A DNA stretch of 64,000 bases from Verrucomicrobiota bacterium (GTDB lineage Bacteria; Verrucomicrobiota; Verrucomicrobiia; Chthoniobacterales; UBA10450): positions 3,950 through 67,949 of the forward strand of contig QHQO01000018.1 of the NCBI GenBank assembly GCA_003221195.1, read 5' to 3'. The position numbers were made by a program, and so were the translations under genes. This document shows positions 26,190 through 34,933 of this stretch, piece by piece. Position 1 is the stretch's first letter, and each line of letters opens with the position of its first letter. Below the pieces are notes generated by a model. The model was not told the DNA's origin and did not search any database. It saw only the letters and a program-made list of their open reading frames with translations.

Positions 26190-27803
26190 CTAGGATTTCC
26201 TCTCGTAGACCAAAATGTATTTCCCCAGCTGTGGCACTGATTGTGGAACACTACCAAAATAATAATCTGCTTTGTCTGGTGCCACCATGTTCACGAAACC
26301 GACAACAGCATAGTTTTGCGCCGTGTATTCATTAGCCCACGTGAAAATCAACCGATCAGATTCTGTTCGTTGCAGCCAAGAATCTGGCATTACCACAAAG
26401 ATGAGAAATTTGGGACGCGTGCGTTCAATCTCGCGAATCATTTCTTGTTGCATTTTGCTGGCATATTTCTGGGGTTCCATCAGGCCATAAGTATAAATGT
26501 AGCCGGTGGCAGAATGTCGGTTGGAATAAAAATAGATCTGCGGCTCGGAGCCTAGGACGGCTATAGTGTCGGTTCGGCCCGTATGTTCGCGCAGGTATTC
26601 AGCTATTCTGATGGACTCTACGAAAGGACTTTCTGGGTAGATCGTTCGAGAAGCGTCAGTCAGAGAGGCTCCAAAAAAGAACTTTCTGTCGGCGATAATA
26701 GGCCAGGCGAGAGTGGCTCCCATAATCAGGATGGATATTAATCGGACTGCGATCGATCGGCGCACAATGAGGTCCGACAATCTGCTGATGGCAACGCCGG
26801 CAAGGAGCGAGACGGCTGGGAGAACCAAAATAAAGTAGTGCACCCGAAAATAGAATCCTGGGCATAGCGCCAATGCAGAGAAGAAAACAAAGCCGAGAAG
26901 AAAAATTGTGATGCTACGCGTTCGCTGCTGCCACAAACCGGCAACGAGTCCAATTGCAGCCAGCATCCAGATCGGCCAACCAGCTAGAATCACTTCCTTC
27001 GTGCTGTACGCGAACATTTCCGCCGCTAGGCTTAAAGGGACTAGGCTGCCATATTGACGCGCGTAATCGATTGTCCAAAACCAGAACCTCTCGAACACGC
27101 CGATTCGCCAGAAAAGAAGACAAGTAATTCCTAATGGAAGAATGACCCCGGCACCGAAGGTCAGGCTTCGCAGGAGAGTTTTTTTAGGCCGGAATCGGCG
27201 ATGAACATCGCTGGAGACACGATAAATCGCTCCAAATAAAGCGAAAAAAACTCCCGGTTGCTTCATTAGCAGCCCAACTCCAAAGAGCAACCCGCTCGCG
27301 AATATCCGTCCAAGTGTTCGCCGATCTGTCTTGTTGAATAGGAGAAGGGTCCCACCTAGCACCGGGAATAGCACAAAATGTGTTGCGTGGCCGGCAAACC
27401 CAAGTACCGATGGACTTACCGAGAGCACCGCGTAGCTCATCGCTGCCGCAAGTCCTAATGTTGAATTCACCAGTTGTCGGCCTAAGAAAAAGATCAAGAC
27501 GGCCGTAGCTGCATTAATCACGAGCAACCCCAAGTGAATTCCGATAATCGTTTGTCCAAACATCGACATGATCGCAGCGTAGGCAGCGTAAGTGCCCGGG
27601 AACTTCATGTTGTAGGCGAGCTGGTAGGGTGGAATACCTTGCAAAATAAGTTGACCAGCATAAGCGTACTCGCCTTCGTCACGCTCAAGTGGAAACCCAA
27701 GGAGCCGAATTCTGATGGCAATAACGAGGCCAAAGACGATTACCGCCAGAGTCCACCACCCAGCACGCAAGACCTTGCCGCTATCGTCAATCTTATGAGT
27801 CAC
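26190..27803 (-). CDS. GT-C fold membrane glycosyltransferase (ArnT/GT39-like) with C-terminal soluble domain
   Basis: 537 aa. First-loop ERDEGEYAYAGQLILQGIPPY, about 12 helices, and a ~150-aa C-terminal globular part. Heads the minus-strand gene string 27803->19750. Confidence 0.7.
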   Translation of the reverse strand: MTHKIDDSGKVLRAGWWTLAVIVFGLVIAIRIRLLGFPLERDEGEYAYAGQLILQGIPPYQLAYNMKFPGTYAAYAAIMSMFGQTIIGIHLGLLVINAATAVLIFFLGRQLVNSTLGLAAAMSYAVLSVSPSVLGFAGHATHFVLFPVLGGTLLLFNKTDRRTLGRIFASGLLFGVGLLMKQPGVFFALFGAIYRVSSDVHRRFRPKKTLLRSLTFGAGVILPLGITCLLFWRIGVFERFWFWTIDYARQYGSLVPLSLAAEMFAYSTKEVILAGWPIWMLAAIGLVAGLWQQRTRSITIFLLGFVFFSALALCPGFYFRVHYFILVLPAVSLLAGVAISRLSDLIVRRSIAVRLISILIMGATLAWPIIADRKFFFGASLTDASRTIYPESPFVESIRIAEYLREHTGRTDTIAVLGSEPQIYFYSNRHSATGYIYTYGLMEPQKYASKMQQEMIREIERTRPKFLIFVVMPDSWLQRTESDRLIFTWANEYTAQNYAVVGFVNMVAPDKADYYFGSVPQSVPQLGKYILVYERKS

Positions 27804-27955
27804 AAAAGCTGCTATTTGGACGAGAAACGGGACGTTGCAACCCGGGCGTTTGGAATCATGCCAGCTTCTCAGGTCCCTGGGGAGTTTTCAACTGCCACAA
27901 GCCTGCGGCGCGAAGGAGCCCATTTGCTTTAATTCGCATGACTGGCGGGTAACTT

Positions 27956-30022
27956 ATGCACGAAGTTGTCGGGCGTCTTTTTTCTTCACGCAGTCGCGCA
28001 TTCATTTTTGCTTTGGTTTTAGCGGCTGCGACGATCTTTGCGTACCGGCCCGCGTGGAACGGAGGTTTTCTTTGGGACGACGACGTTTACATCACCAATA
28101 ACGAGCTGTTAACGGCGCCTGATGGTCTGCGGCGAATCTGGTTCTCGCTCGATTCTCCTTCGCAGTATTTCCCGCTGGTTTATACAACTTTTCGCATCGA
28201 GCACGCGATTTGGGGCCTCGATCCAACCGGTTATCATTGGGCCAATCTTCTGCTGCACATTGGCAACGCACTGCTGGTTTGGTTGGTACTGGCGCGGCTA
28301 AAGGTCCCGGGAGGTTGGCTGGCTGGAGCAATTTTTGCGTTGCATCCCGTCCAGGTCGAATCGGTCGCCTGGATCACGGAACGCAAAAACGTACTAATGG
28401 GCTTCTTCTTTTTGCTCACGCTGCTTGCATGGATTGCGTTTTCTGACGGAAGAACAAAGCGGCCCTGGCTGTTTTATGTACTCGCGCTGATCCTTTATCT
28501 ATTGGCACTTTCGGCCAAGACAACAGCTTGCACGCTGCCGGCTGCGTTGTTTTTGATTTTGTGGCTGCAGAAGAGGCCCATCAGCTGGAAACGAATTTTC
28601 CAGATTATTCCCTTCTTTATTCTCGGCATCGCTATGGGCGTATTAGCGATGTGGTGGGAGCGGTACCATCAGGGGACAAGCCGGACTGTTTTTACGTTCC
28701 TGAGCCCCATCGAACGGGTTCTCGTCGCGAGCCGTGCCATTTGGTTTTATCTGAGCAAACTCGCCTGGCCATCTAATCTCACATTTATTTATCCGCGATG
28801 GGATATCGCGCCGACTCATCTGCTCAACTACGCGTGGCTGTTGGCAGGAGTTTTCGTGTGTGTGGCAATCTATTTTCTACGTCGATACGTGGGACGCTGT
28901 GTTGAGGTCGCAGCGGCATTTTTTGTTGCGACCCTGAGCCCGGTGTTGGGGTTCATTATGCTTTATACATTTCGCTACACGTTTGTAGCCGATCATTATC
29001 AGTATTTGGCCTGTATCGGTCCGATCGCCCTGGCATCTGCGGGTCTGGTCAATTTGGCAGACGTGTCTAAGAATAGCCGCACCTTAATTTTCAGTGTGGC
29101 GCTCTGCGTGGTGGCACTCCTGGCGACACTGACGTGGCGACAAGCCGCAATGTATGGCAACATCGAAACGCTCTGGCGCACGACTCTTTCCAGAAATCCC
29201 AGCTGCTGGATGGCTCACAACAACCTGGGCATCGTGCTGTTTGAAAAAGGCCAGCTTGACGATGCGATAGTGCATTATCGGACGACGCTGCAAATGCAGC
29301 CCAATTTTTGGGATGCCGATTACAATCTTGGCACCGCTCTTCTGGGGAAGGGCCACGTAGACGAGGCGATTTTCTATTGCGACAAAGCAGTCAGGATGCA
29401 ACCAAACGATCCAGATGCTCAAGTGGCCTTGGCCAATGCTCTTCTTCAAAAGAGACGAATCGACGACGCGATCGCTCACTACCAGAAAGCAGTTGCAATA
29501 CGGCCCGATTACTTTCTTGCCCGTTACGGTCTTGGCCACGCCCTGCTTGAGGGAGGGAAATTTGATGCGGCGATCGAGCATTCTCGGGCCGCCTTGTTGA
29601 TTCAGCCTAATAACGCAGACTGTCACACGATCCTAGCCATTGCTCTTGATGAAGAAGGTCAATCGGTCGAAGCCGTCAAACACTATGAAAAAGCGTTGCA
29701 GATTTCTCCTCAATCGGTTTCCGCGTTAAATAATCTGGCTTGGTTACTGGCCACAGGTTCCAACGCCTCACTGCGAAACGGAGCCAGAGCGATTCAACTT
29801 GCGAGGCAAGCTGACCAACTTTCTGGAGGCACCAATGCGCTCGTGCTACGCACGTTGGCAGCGGCATATGCGGAAGCTGGCCAATTTGGGAAAGCGATTG
29901 AAAGCGCCCGGACTGCGATGCAGCTCGGGCGGAGCCAGCGGGCTGATTCGTTAGTCACCGAGCTTCAACAACAGATCGCACTCTATGAGTTGGCGCTGCC
30001 TTATCGTGAAATGGCAAAATAA
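27956..30022 (+). CDS. TMTC-like GT-C + TPR protein (paralog P5; same subfamily as P1)
   Basis: 688 aa. FLWDDDVY, HWANLLLHIG and HPVQVESVAWITERKN, with TPRs and the cap NNLAWLLATGSNASLRNG...AAAYAEAGQF...LYELALPYRE. Divergent from the 26190 gene. Confidence 0.8.
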   Translation: MHEVVGRLFSSRSRAFIFALVLAAATIFAYRPAWNGGFLWDDDVYITNNELLTAPDGLRRIWFSLDSPSQYFPLVYTTFRIEHAIWGLDPTGYHWANLLLHIGNALLVWLVLARLKVPGGWLAGAIFALHPVQVESVAWITERKNVLMGFFFLLTLLAWIAFSDGRTKRPWLFYVLALILYLLALSAKTTACTLPAALFLILWLQKRPISWKRIFQIIPFFILGIAMGVLAMWWERYHQGTSRTVFTFLSPIERVLVASRAIWFYLSKLAWPSNLTFIYPRWDIAPTHLLNYAWLLAGVFVCVAIYFLRRYVGRCVEVAAAFFVATLSPVLGFIMLYTFRYTFVADHYQYLACIGPIALASAGLVNLADVSKNSRTLIFSVALCVVALLATLTWRQAAMYGNIETLWRTTLSRNPSCWMAHNNLGIVLFEKGQLDDAIVHYRTTLQMQPNFWDADYNLGTALLGKGHVDEAIFYCDKAVRMQPNDPDAQVALANALLQKRRIDDAIAHYQKAVAIRPDYFLARYGLGHALLEGGKFDAAIEHSRAALLIQPNNADCHTILAIALDEEGQSVEAVKHYEKALQISPQSVSALNNLAWLLATGSNASLRNGARAIQLARQADQLSGGTNALVLRTLAAAYAEAGQFGKAIESARTAMQLGRSQRADSLVTELQQQIALYELALPYREMAK

Positions 30023-30092
30023 GGACGGTGTAGGTAAGCCCGCCTGACTCGTGATTCCCTACAACGTTAAGACCGACGATCCAATCTTGTGA

Positions 30093-30116
30093 CGATTCAA
30101 CGATTTAACGATTTAA
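30093..30116. repeat. Tandem octamer repeat (CGATTYAA)x3: cgattcaa cgatttaa cgatttaa
   Basis: Same unit and orientation as 3091-3122. Lies 15 nt from the stop codon (30131-30133) of the minus-strand alkaline-phosphatase-like gene. Confidence 0.7.
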
Positions 30117-30130
30117 CGCGGCCAAGGCCG

Positions 30131-31405
30131 TCAGAGTTCGTCGCGCAGAATTTCGAACACCTTCGTGCTCTCCACTACTCCCGCCAGCGCATCGGTTCCG
30201 GGACCATTCCCAAACGCAATGACGTCTTCAACGGTGACCAGGGCAGATTTCGTGTAAAACGCCGCCGGCTCAGGCTGTTCGGGCTGCGGTTGTCTGTTCT
30301 GACTTTCGTCTTGTTTACCCGGTATTTTCGCTGCTCCGTACGATTTATCGCCATTCGGACCGGTGGCCCAGGTAATCCAGGGCTGGCCGGCAGAATTAAA
30401 GCCTAAGAGCGCAATACCGCTGTCTTTGCGAAAAGGAAATCCATTTAGATTTAATCCGCCGATCGCCACATCGCCGCAGACCACAATCGTCGATTTTTCT
30501 CCGCCGTAACTTCGCGCGATGCCAACTGCGCGGTCCAGTTCGACCGTTTGGCTCAAGGTTCTCTCCCCGTTGTTTTCCTGCGCTGCGTTTCGCATTAACC
30601 CTGCATCAACCACCAGTAAGTACCCGCCAACATTGTACTGGAGCAGTTGGATTGCTCGTCGCACCATATCCGAAAGGCTCGGCTGCTGACTTCTTTCTTC
30701 TACCTGATTCACGAAGGCGAGATCTTCTTTACTAAAAAGGCCGACCAGTTTCGGACGGCGCCACGCGGGAACCGCGTCCAGCTCGGCTCGAGTTTGAACA
30801 ATATCAAACCCGTTGCCACGGAGCTCGAGTAAAAGATCGCGGCTATCCTGTCTGTCTCCGCCCTTTGTGACGGGAAGAAATTGCGCGGCGCCGCCACCCA
30901 TCGCTATGTCAATATTTCCGCGGTCCCCAAACTCGGTTGCGATCTTCTCGGCGTCGCTCGGCTCGGCGGGATGTGCGTAAAAGGCCGCGCTCGTCGGATC
31001 GGTGAGTTTCGTGTCCGTTATGAGTCCCGTGGCCCGTCCATATTCGCGTGCTAGTTCAATGATACTCTTGATCGCTTTCCCGTCGGCATTGATTGCAATG
31101 GCGCGATTCGCCACTCTCTCACCAGTCGCTATTGCGGTCGCAGCGGCCGACTGGTCTGGAGCGGCGAAATCCTTTGAATAATTCATCACCAAAGCTGCAT
31201 GAGACATTGAATCGAGGTTCAGGCGCGTGCCGGCGCCAGCAGCATAGGCGCGGGTTGGGGCAAGCCGTGCCGGGGAAAGGCCTTCTCCAACAAACAAGAT
31301 AATTCCGAAAGGCTTCCGGATGACCCAGTGCTGAAAATAAAGGACACCAATTCCAGCAAAGGCGAGGAGACAAAAAAGTGCCAGCAACTGGTTGCGCCAC
31401 TTCAC
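30131..31405 (-). CDS. Alkaline phosphatase (PhoA) superfamily protein, N-terminally membrane-anchored, catalytic positions apparently substituted
   Basis: 424 aa. N-terminal TM helix LLALFCLLAFAGIGVLYF. Overall colinear with E. coli PhoA blocks (IILFVGEGLS ~ IILLIGDGMG; APDQSAAATAIATG ~ VTDSAASATAWSTG; TDPTSAAFYAH ~ QDATPAALVAH), but the later metal-ligand blocks are degenerate (see finding). Confidence 0.65.
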   Translation of the reverse strand: MKWRNQLLALFCLLAFAGIGVLYFQHWVIRKPFGIILFVGEGLSPARLAPTRAYAAGAGTRLNLDSMSHAALVMNYSKDFAAPDQSAAATAIATGERVANRAIAINADGKAIKSIIELAREYGRATGLITDTKLTDPTSAAFYAHPAEPSDAEKIATEFGDRGNIDIAMGGGAAQFLPVTKGGDRQDSRDLLLELRGNGFDIVQTRAELDAVPAWRRPKLVGLFSKEDLAFVNQVEERSQQPSLSDMVRRAIQLLQYNVGGYLLVVDAGLMRNAAQENNGERTLSQTVELDRAVGIARSYGGEKSTIVVCGDVAIGGLNLNGFPFRKDSGIALLGFNSAGQPWITWATGPNGDKSYGAAKIPGKQDESQNRQPQPEQPEPAAFYTKSALVTVEDVIAFGNGPGTDALAGVVESTKVFEILRDEL

Positions 31406-31561
31406 TACCTTCCCTGTAGCGGCGGTCTATGACTGTCGCAAATAGTGAAGCAAGTTTGTAAGGTGCGTGTTCTGAAGCTGGTAACTTGCAGACTGACCCC
31501 GTCTCCGAGAAGGAAAGAACCGCTTGTCGAGCTTCGCATTCACCGGCAAAGTGCGCGACAT

Positions 31562-33094
31562 ATGGCCGGTCCAGTGATGCTAATCATTCGCGACGGCTGG
31601 GGCATTAATCCGGGTGGCAAGGACAAGCGCAAGGAAAATGGTGATGCAACCCTTCTCGCGTCGACCCCATTTCATGACAAGCTCTACCGGGATTATCCAG
31701 GCTCTACATTGAGCGCAAGCGGAAGCGACGTGGGCCTGCCGGAAGGACAAATGGGCAACTCGGAAGTTGGCCACCTCAATTTGGGAGCCGGTAGAATCGT
31801 TTACCAGGATCTGACGCGAATTAATAAAGCAATCCACGAGGGCGAATTAACTCGCAATCGAGTTTTGCAGGAAACCTTTGCCGGTGCGCGCGGTCATCGC
31901 CTTCATTTGCTTGGGCTGGTTTCAGATGGTGGTGTGCATAGTCATTATTCGCACATGATCGCGCTTGCGAACGCGGCGCATGATGCAGGGGTCGCGGAGA
32001 TTTTCGTCCATGCTTTCACGGACGGGCGCGATACGTCACCAACCGGCGGCGCTGCTTATCTAAAAACTTGCGAGAAAGAACTCAAGAAAAGCGGCGGGCA
32101 AATTCTCACGGTTGTAGGTCGGTATTTTGCGATGGATCGCGATCGGCGTTGGGACCGTACTAAAAAAGCATGGGACGCGGTTGTTCTTGGTCGCGGCGAA
32201 ATCTGCAAATCCTCGCCATCGGCGGCTGTGGATCAGCAATACAAAAACGGCAAAACAGACGAGTTCATGCCGCCGTTGATTTTTTCTCACGCAAATGAGC
32301 AGCGGGTGCGTGATGGCGACGTGGTCTTATTTTTCAATTTCCGCGCCGATCGTGCCCGCCAATTGTCACAGGCATTTTTGCTGAAGGATTTCGATGGCTT
32401 TGACCGCGAGGTCTGGCCGCAAGTGGAATTTGTCACGCTAACGCAATACGATGCGACCTATTCTTCGCCGTATATTTTTGCGCCCGAAGAGCTCGCCGAT
32501 ATCTTGGGCGAAATCGTCAGCGCGGCCGGCAAACGGCAGTTGCGCATCGCTGAGACGGAAAAGTACGCACACGTGACTTACTTTTTTAACGGGGGCATCG
32601 AGAAGCCGTTTCCGGGCGAAGACCGCAAGCTGATCCCTTCACCAAAGGTCGCTACCTACGATTTGAAACCGGAGATGAGCGCGTTCGAAGTTACCGACGA
32701 AGTGCTCGCACGAATGGCGAATTACGACCTGATCATCCTCAATTTCGCCAATGCCGACATGGTCGGCCATACCGGCGTGATCGAAGCAGGAGTCAAAGCT
32801 GTAGAGACGGTGGATAAGTGCCTGGCGCGAATTATTCCCAAACTTCTCGAGCTTGACGGCAAAACCATCGTGACTGCCGACCACGGCAATTGCGAGAAGA
32901 TGCGCAACGCGGATGGTTCACCCAATACTGCGCACACGAGCAATCTTGTGCATTTCATCTACGTGGCCAACGATGCTGCACGATTCCGGTGCGAAGACGG
33001 AATTCTGGCCGATGTGGCACCAACTCTTTTGTTTTTGCTTGGGCTGCCTCAGCCAAAAAAGATGACTGGCCACAATTTGCTCGTGCCAGCTTAG
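31562..33094 (+). CDS. gpmI: 2,3-bisphosphoglycerate-independent phosphoglycerate mutase
   Basis: 510 aa from the ATG at 31562 (MAGPVMLIIRDGWG; the track start at 31445 adds 39 unlikely residues). Contains GQMGNSEVGHLNLGAGR (catalytic Ser), HAFTDGRDT, NFANADMVGHTG and TADHGN. Confidence 0.9.
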   Translation: MAGPVMLIIRDGWGINPGGKDKRKENGDATLLASTPFHDKLYRDYPGSTLSASGSDVGLPEGQMGNSEVGHLNLGAGRIVYQDLTRINKAIHEGELTRNRVLQETFAGARGHRLHLLGLVSDGGVHSHYSHMIALANAAHDAGVAEIFVHAFTDGRDTSPTGGAAYLKTCEKELKKSGGQILTVVGRYFAMDRDRRWDRTKKAWDAVVLGRGEICKSSPSAAVDQQYKNGKTDEFMPPLIFSHANEQRVRDGDVVLFFNFRADRARQLSQAFLLKDFDGFDREVWPQVEFVTLTQYDATYSSPYIFAPEELADILGEIVSAAGKRQLRIAETEKYAHVTYFFNGGIEKPFPGEDRKLIPSPKVATYDLKPEMSAFEVTDEVLARMANYDLIILNFANADMVGHTGVIEAGVKAVETVDKCLARIIPKLLELDGKTIVTADHGNCEKMRNADGSPNTAHTSNLVHFIYVANDAARFRCEDGILADVAPTLLFLLGLPQPKKMTGHNLLVPA

Positions 33095-33885
33095 CGTGGC
33101 TTAGACGGAGCACGGCGATATCGGGCTTCGTCAAGGCCAGGCCGATCCCGGCTCCCGGGTACAATGTCGTCGAATGTGATTTCGAACTTCCGATTAATCA
33201 CTCGTGTTCCGGCCACGGCGATTCGGTGCAACAGCCGAATGTGGTACTCGGCTTTTGTTTCGTGCCAGATGGGTTTACGGACGAGCTTGAGCGTACCGTC
33301 GTCTTCCACAAGAGCGCCCCAATCCATAGGAATCTCCGACTCGCGGAATAACTCCTCAGGCAGAACGAGGAAATACAAATTGGCGCAGCGATAGCGAAGT
33401 AACTTGTCGAATTTGGTGCAATCATAGAGGCGATTTTGCAGGGCACGCAGCTCACGTAAAAGTCGCGCGTAACCGCGGTGGCCGACTGCGGTGAAATCAG
33501 GCAAATCGAATTCGGGAAAAAGGGAATCGCCGTTCCGCAGGTTCGGGTAATGTGTGCGGAGGCGCTGTTCGAGAATCTGACGACGCTGGGAAATCGTTTC
33601 GAGTCGCTGCCATGCTGCTTCGCTCTGACAATTATCTCGCCGCAAATCGCAGAGCGCCTGTTTACACTCAAAGATCGCTATCGATCCAATTTTCCTAGGC
33701 GCCAATCGATACGCGGCGACGTCGGCACGATACCGGCAGTTTGGCAGACTCACTTCCATCGCGCATGCGGAATAACCTTGGGCTTGTGCCCACAGAAATG
33801 CCAGCCGCTTCAACCGAGCGTGTCTCTCAGTTTCGCCGTGGCCGCGTTTTATTCCCGCAGCCATCTCGCGAGCTCGCGTGCCCAA
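33091..33885 (-). CDS. MmcB-like PD-(D/E)xK nuclease-fold protein with ~80-aa insertion
   Basis: 264 aa. H..LKRLAFLWAQAQGY...RYRADVAAY...IAIFECKQALCDLRRD gives a D...E-x-K arrangement. The C-terminal CANLYFLVLPEEL...WGALVEDDGTLKLVRKP resembles the second half of the MmcB family. Start is uncertain (33885 or 33864). Confidence 0.5.
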   Translation of the reverse strand: MGTRAREMAAGIKRGHGETERHARLKRLAFLWAQAQGYSACAMEVSLPNCRYRADVAAYRLAPRKIGSIAIFECKQALCDLRRDNCQSEAAWQRLETISQRRQILEQRLRTHYPNLRNGDSLFPEFDLPDFTAVGHRGYARLLRELRALQNRLYDCTKFDKLLRYRCANLYFLVLPEELFRESEIPMDWGALVEDDGTLKLVRKPIWHETKAEYHIRLLHRIAVAGTRVINRKFEITFDDIVPGSRDRPGLDEARYRRAPSKPR

Positions 33886-34835
33886 TAGGTGACAATAATA
33901 TCGGCCCCAGCCCGCTTAAGAGCAGTCATGATCTCAATTACGGCGTCGCGTTCGTTCAGGAAGCCTTTCTCGACGGCGGACTTGACCATTGCATACTCGC
34001 CGCTCACATGATAAACGGCGGTCGGTTTTCGAAACCGCTCGCGGACTCGCCACAAAATGTCCATGTAAGGCAAGGCAGGTTTTACCATCACAATGTCCGC
34101 TCCTTCGTCGACATCCAGTGCTACCTCACGCAAGGCTTCATTCGCGTTGGCAAAATCCATCTGATAAGACCGTCGGTCGCCGAACTGGGGAGGACTCTCG
34201 GCAGCCTCGCGAAATGGTCCGTAGAAAGCCGACGCGAATTTCGCCGCGTAACTCATAATCGACGTTTGGTCGAAGCCTCGCTCATCGAGCGCCTCGCGAA
34301 TCGCGCCGACGCGACCGTCCATCATGTCGCTTGGCGCCACAATGTCCGCACCAGCTGCAGCGTGAGAGAGCGCCGTCTTCACCAACAACTCGACAGTCTC
34401 GTCGTTGAGAACATGGAAATGATCTCCGTCGATGCGTGTCACACCACAGTGCCCATGACTCATGTACTCACACAGGCAGACATCGGTGATGGTGACAAGG
34501 TCTGGACATTTTGATTTTATAGCCCTCAATGCTTTTTGGACGATTCCGTCTTCGGCATAGGCGCCGCTGGCCTGTTCATCTTTCTGTTCTGGAATCCCGA
34601 AAAGCAGAATCGCTTGGAGCCCAAGGTCCTGAGCAGCGCGCGCTTCATCGGCAACTTCCTTGGCAGATAACTGAAAAACCCCAGGCATACTGGCGATCGG
34701 CCGGCGCTGCTGTACTTTTTCACTTACAAACAGCGGCAAAACAAAATCGTGAACGCTCAAATGCGTCTCGCGAGCGAGATTTCGCAGAGCAGGCGAACGC
34801 CGCAACCGACGCGGGCGATGCACGAGTTTTCTCAC
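33849..34835 (-). CDS. hemB: Porphobilinogen synthase (delta-aminolevulinic acid dehydratase)
   Basis: 328 aa. Contains RRLRRSPALRNLARETHLSVHDFVLPLFV, DVCLCEYMSHGHCG (Cys-rich Zn site), APSDMMDGRV and the active-site Lys context IVMVKPALPYMD. Confidence 0.9.
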   Translation of the reverse strand: MRKLVHRPRRLRRSPALRNLARETHLSVHDFVLPLFVSEKVQQRRPIASMPGVFQLSAKEVADEARAAQDLGLQAILLFGIPEQKDEQASGAYAEDGIVQKALRAIKSKCPDLVTITDVCLCEYMSHGHCGVTRIDGDHFHVLNDETVELLVKTALSHAAAGADIVAPSDMMDGRVGAIREALDERGFDQTSIMSYAAKFASAFYGPFREAAESPPQFGDRRSYQMDFANANEALREVALDVDEGADIVMVKPALPYMDILWRVRERFRKPTAVYHVSGEYAMVKSAVEKGFLNERDAVIEIMTALKRAGADIIVTYWARELARWLRE

Positions 34836-34933
34836 AACGCGACGCTACGCGTTGCGAAAGTGAGCCGCAAGCAGGCAGGAACCGACTTACTCAACTGCCG
34901 CCCCTGATGAATGGGCCGCGTGCTTGACGGCGC

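Noticed and set aside
29084-29626. 180-aa minus-strand ORF inside the TPR region of P5, and similar ORFs antisense to the TPR regions of P1-P4
   Set aside because: TPR-coding DNA is repetitive and often open on the opposite strand. The translations lack motifs, and the sense frames have clear TPR periodicity.
31445-31561. N-terminal extensions suggested by the ORF track for gpmI (31445), lptD (45310), nuoJ (46487), nuoN (52927), the ORF6N gene (50793), the LonN protein (3087), RAYT-2 (16624) and the PIG-V-like gene (57443)
   Set aside because: In each case the extension overlaps the preceding gene or repeat DNA and encodes Arg/His-rich non-homologous residues. An internal ATG gives the canonical family N-terminus, often with an ATGA stop/start overlap.
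33741-34514. 257-aa ORF antisense to hemB, and the 157-aa and 136-aa ORFs overlapping the MmcB-like gene
   Set aside because: hemB is unambiguous on the minus strand. The antisense translations have no domain-like features.
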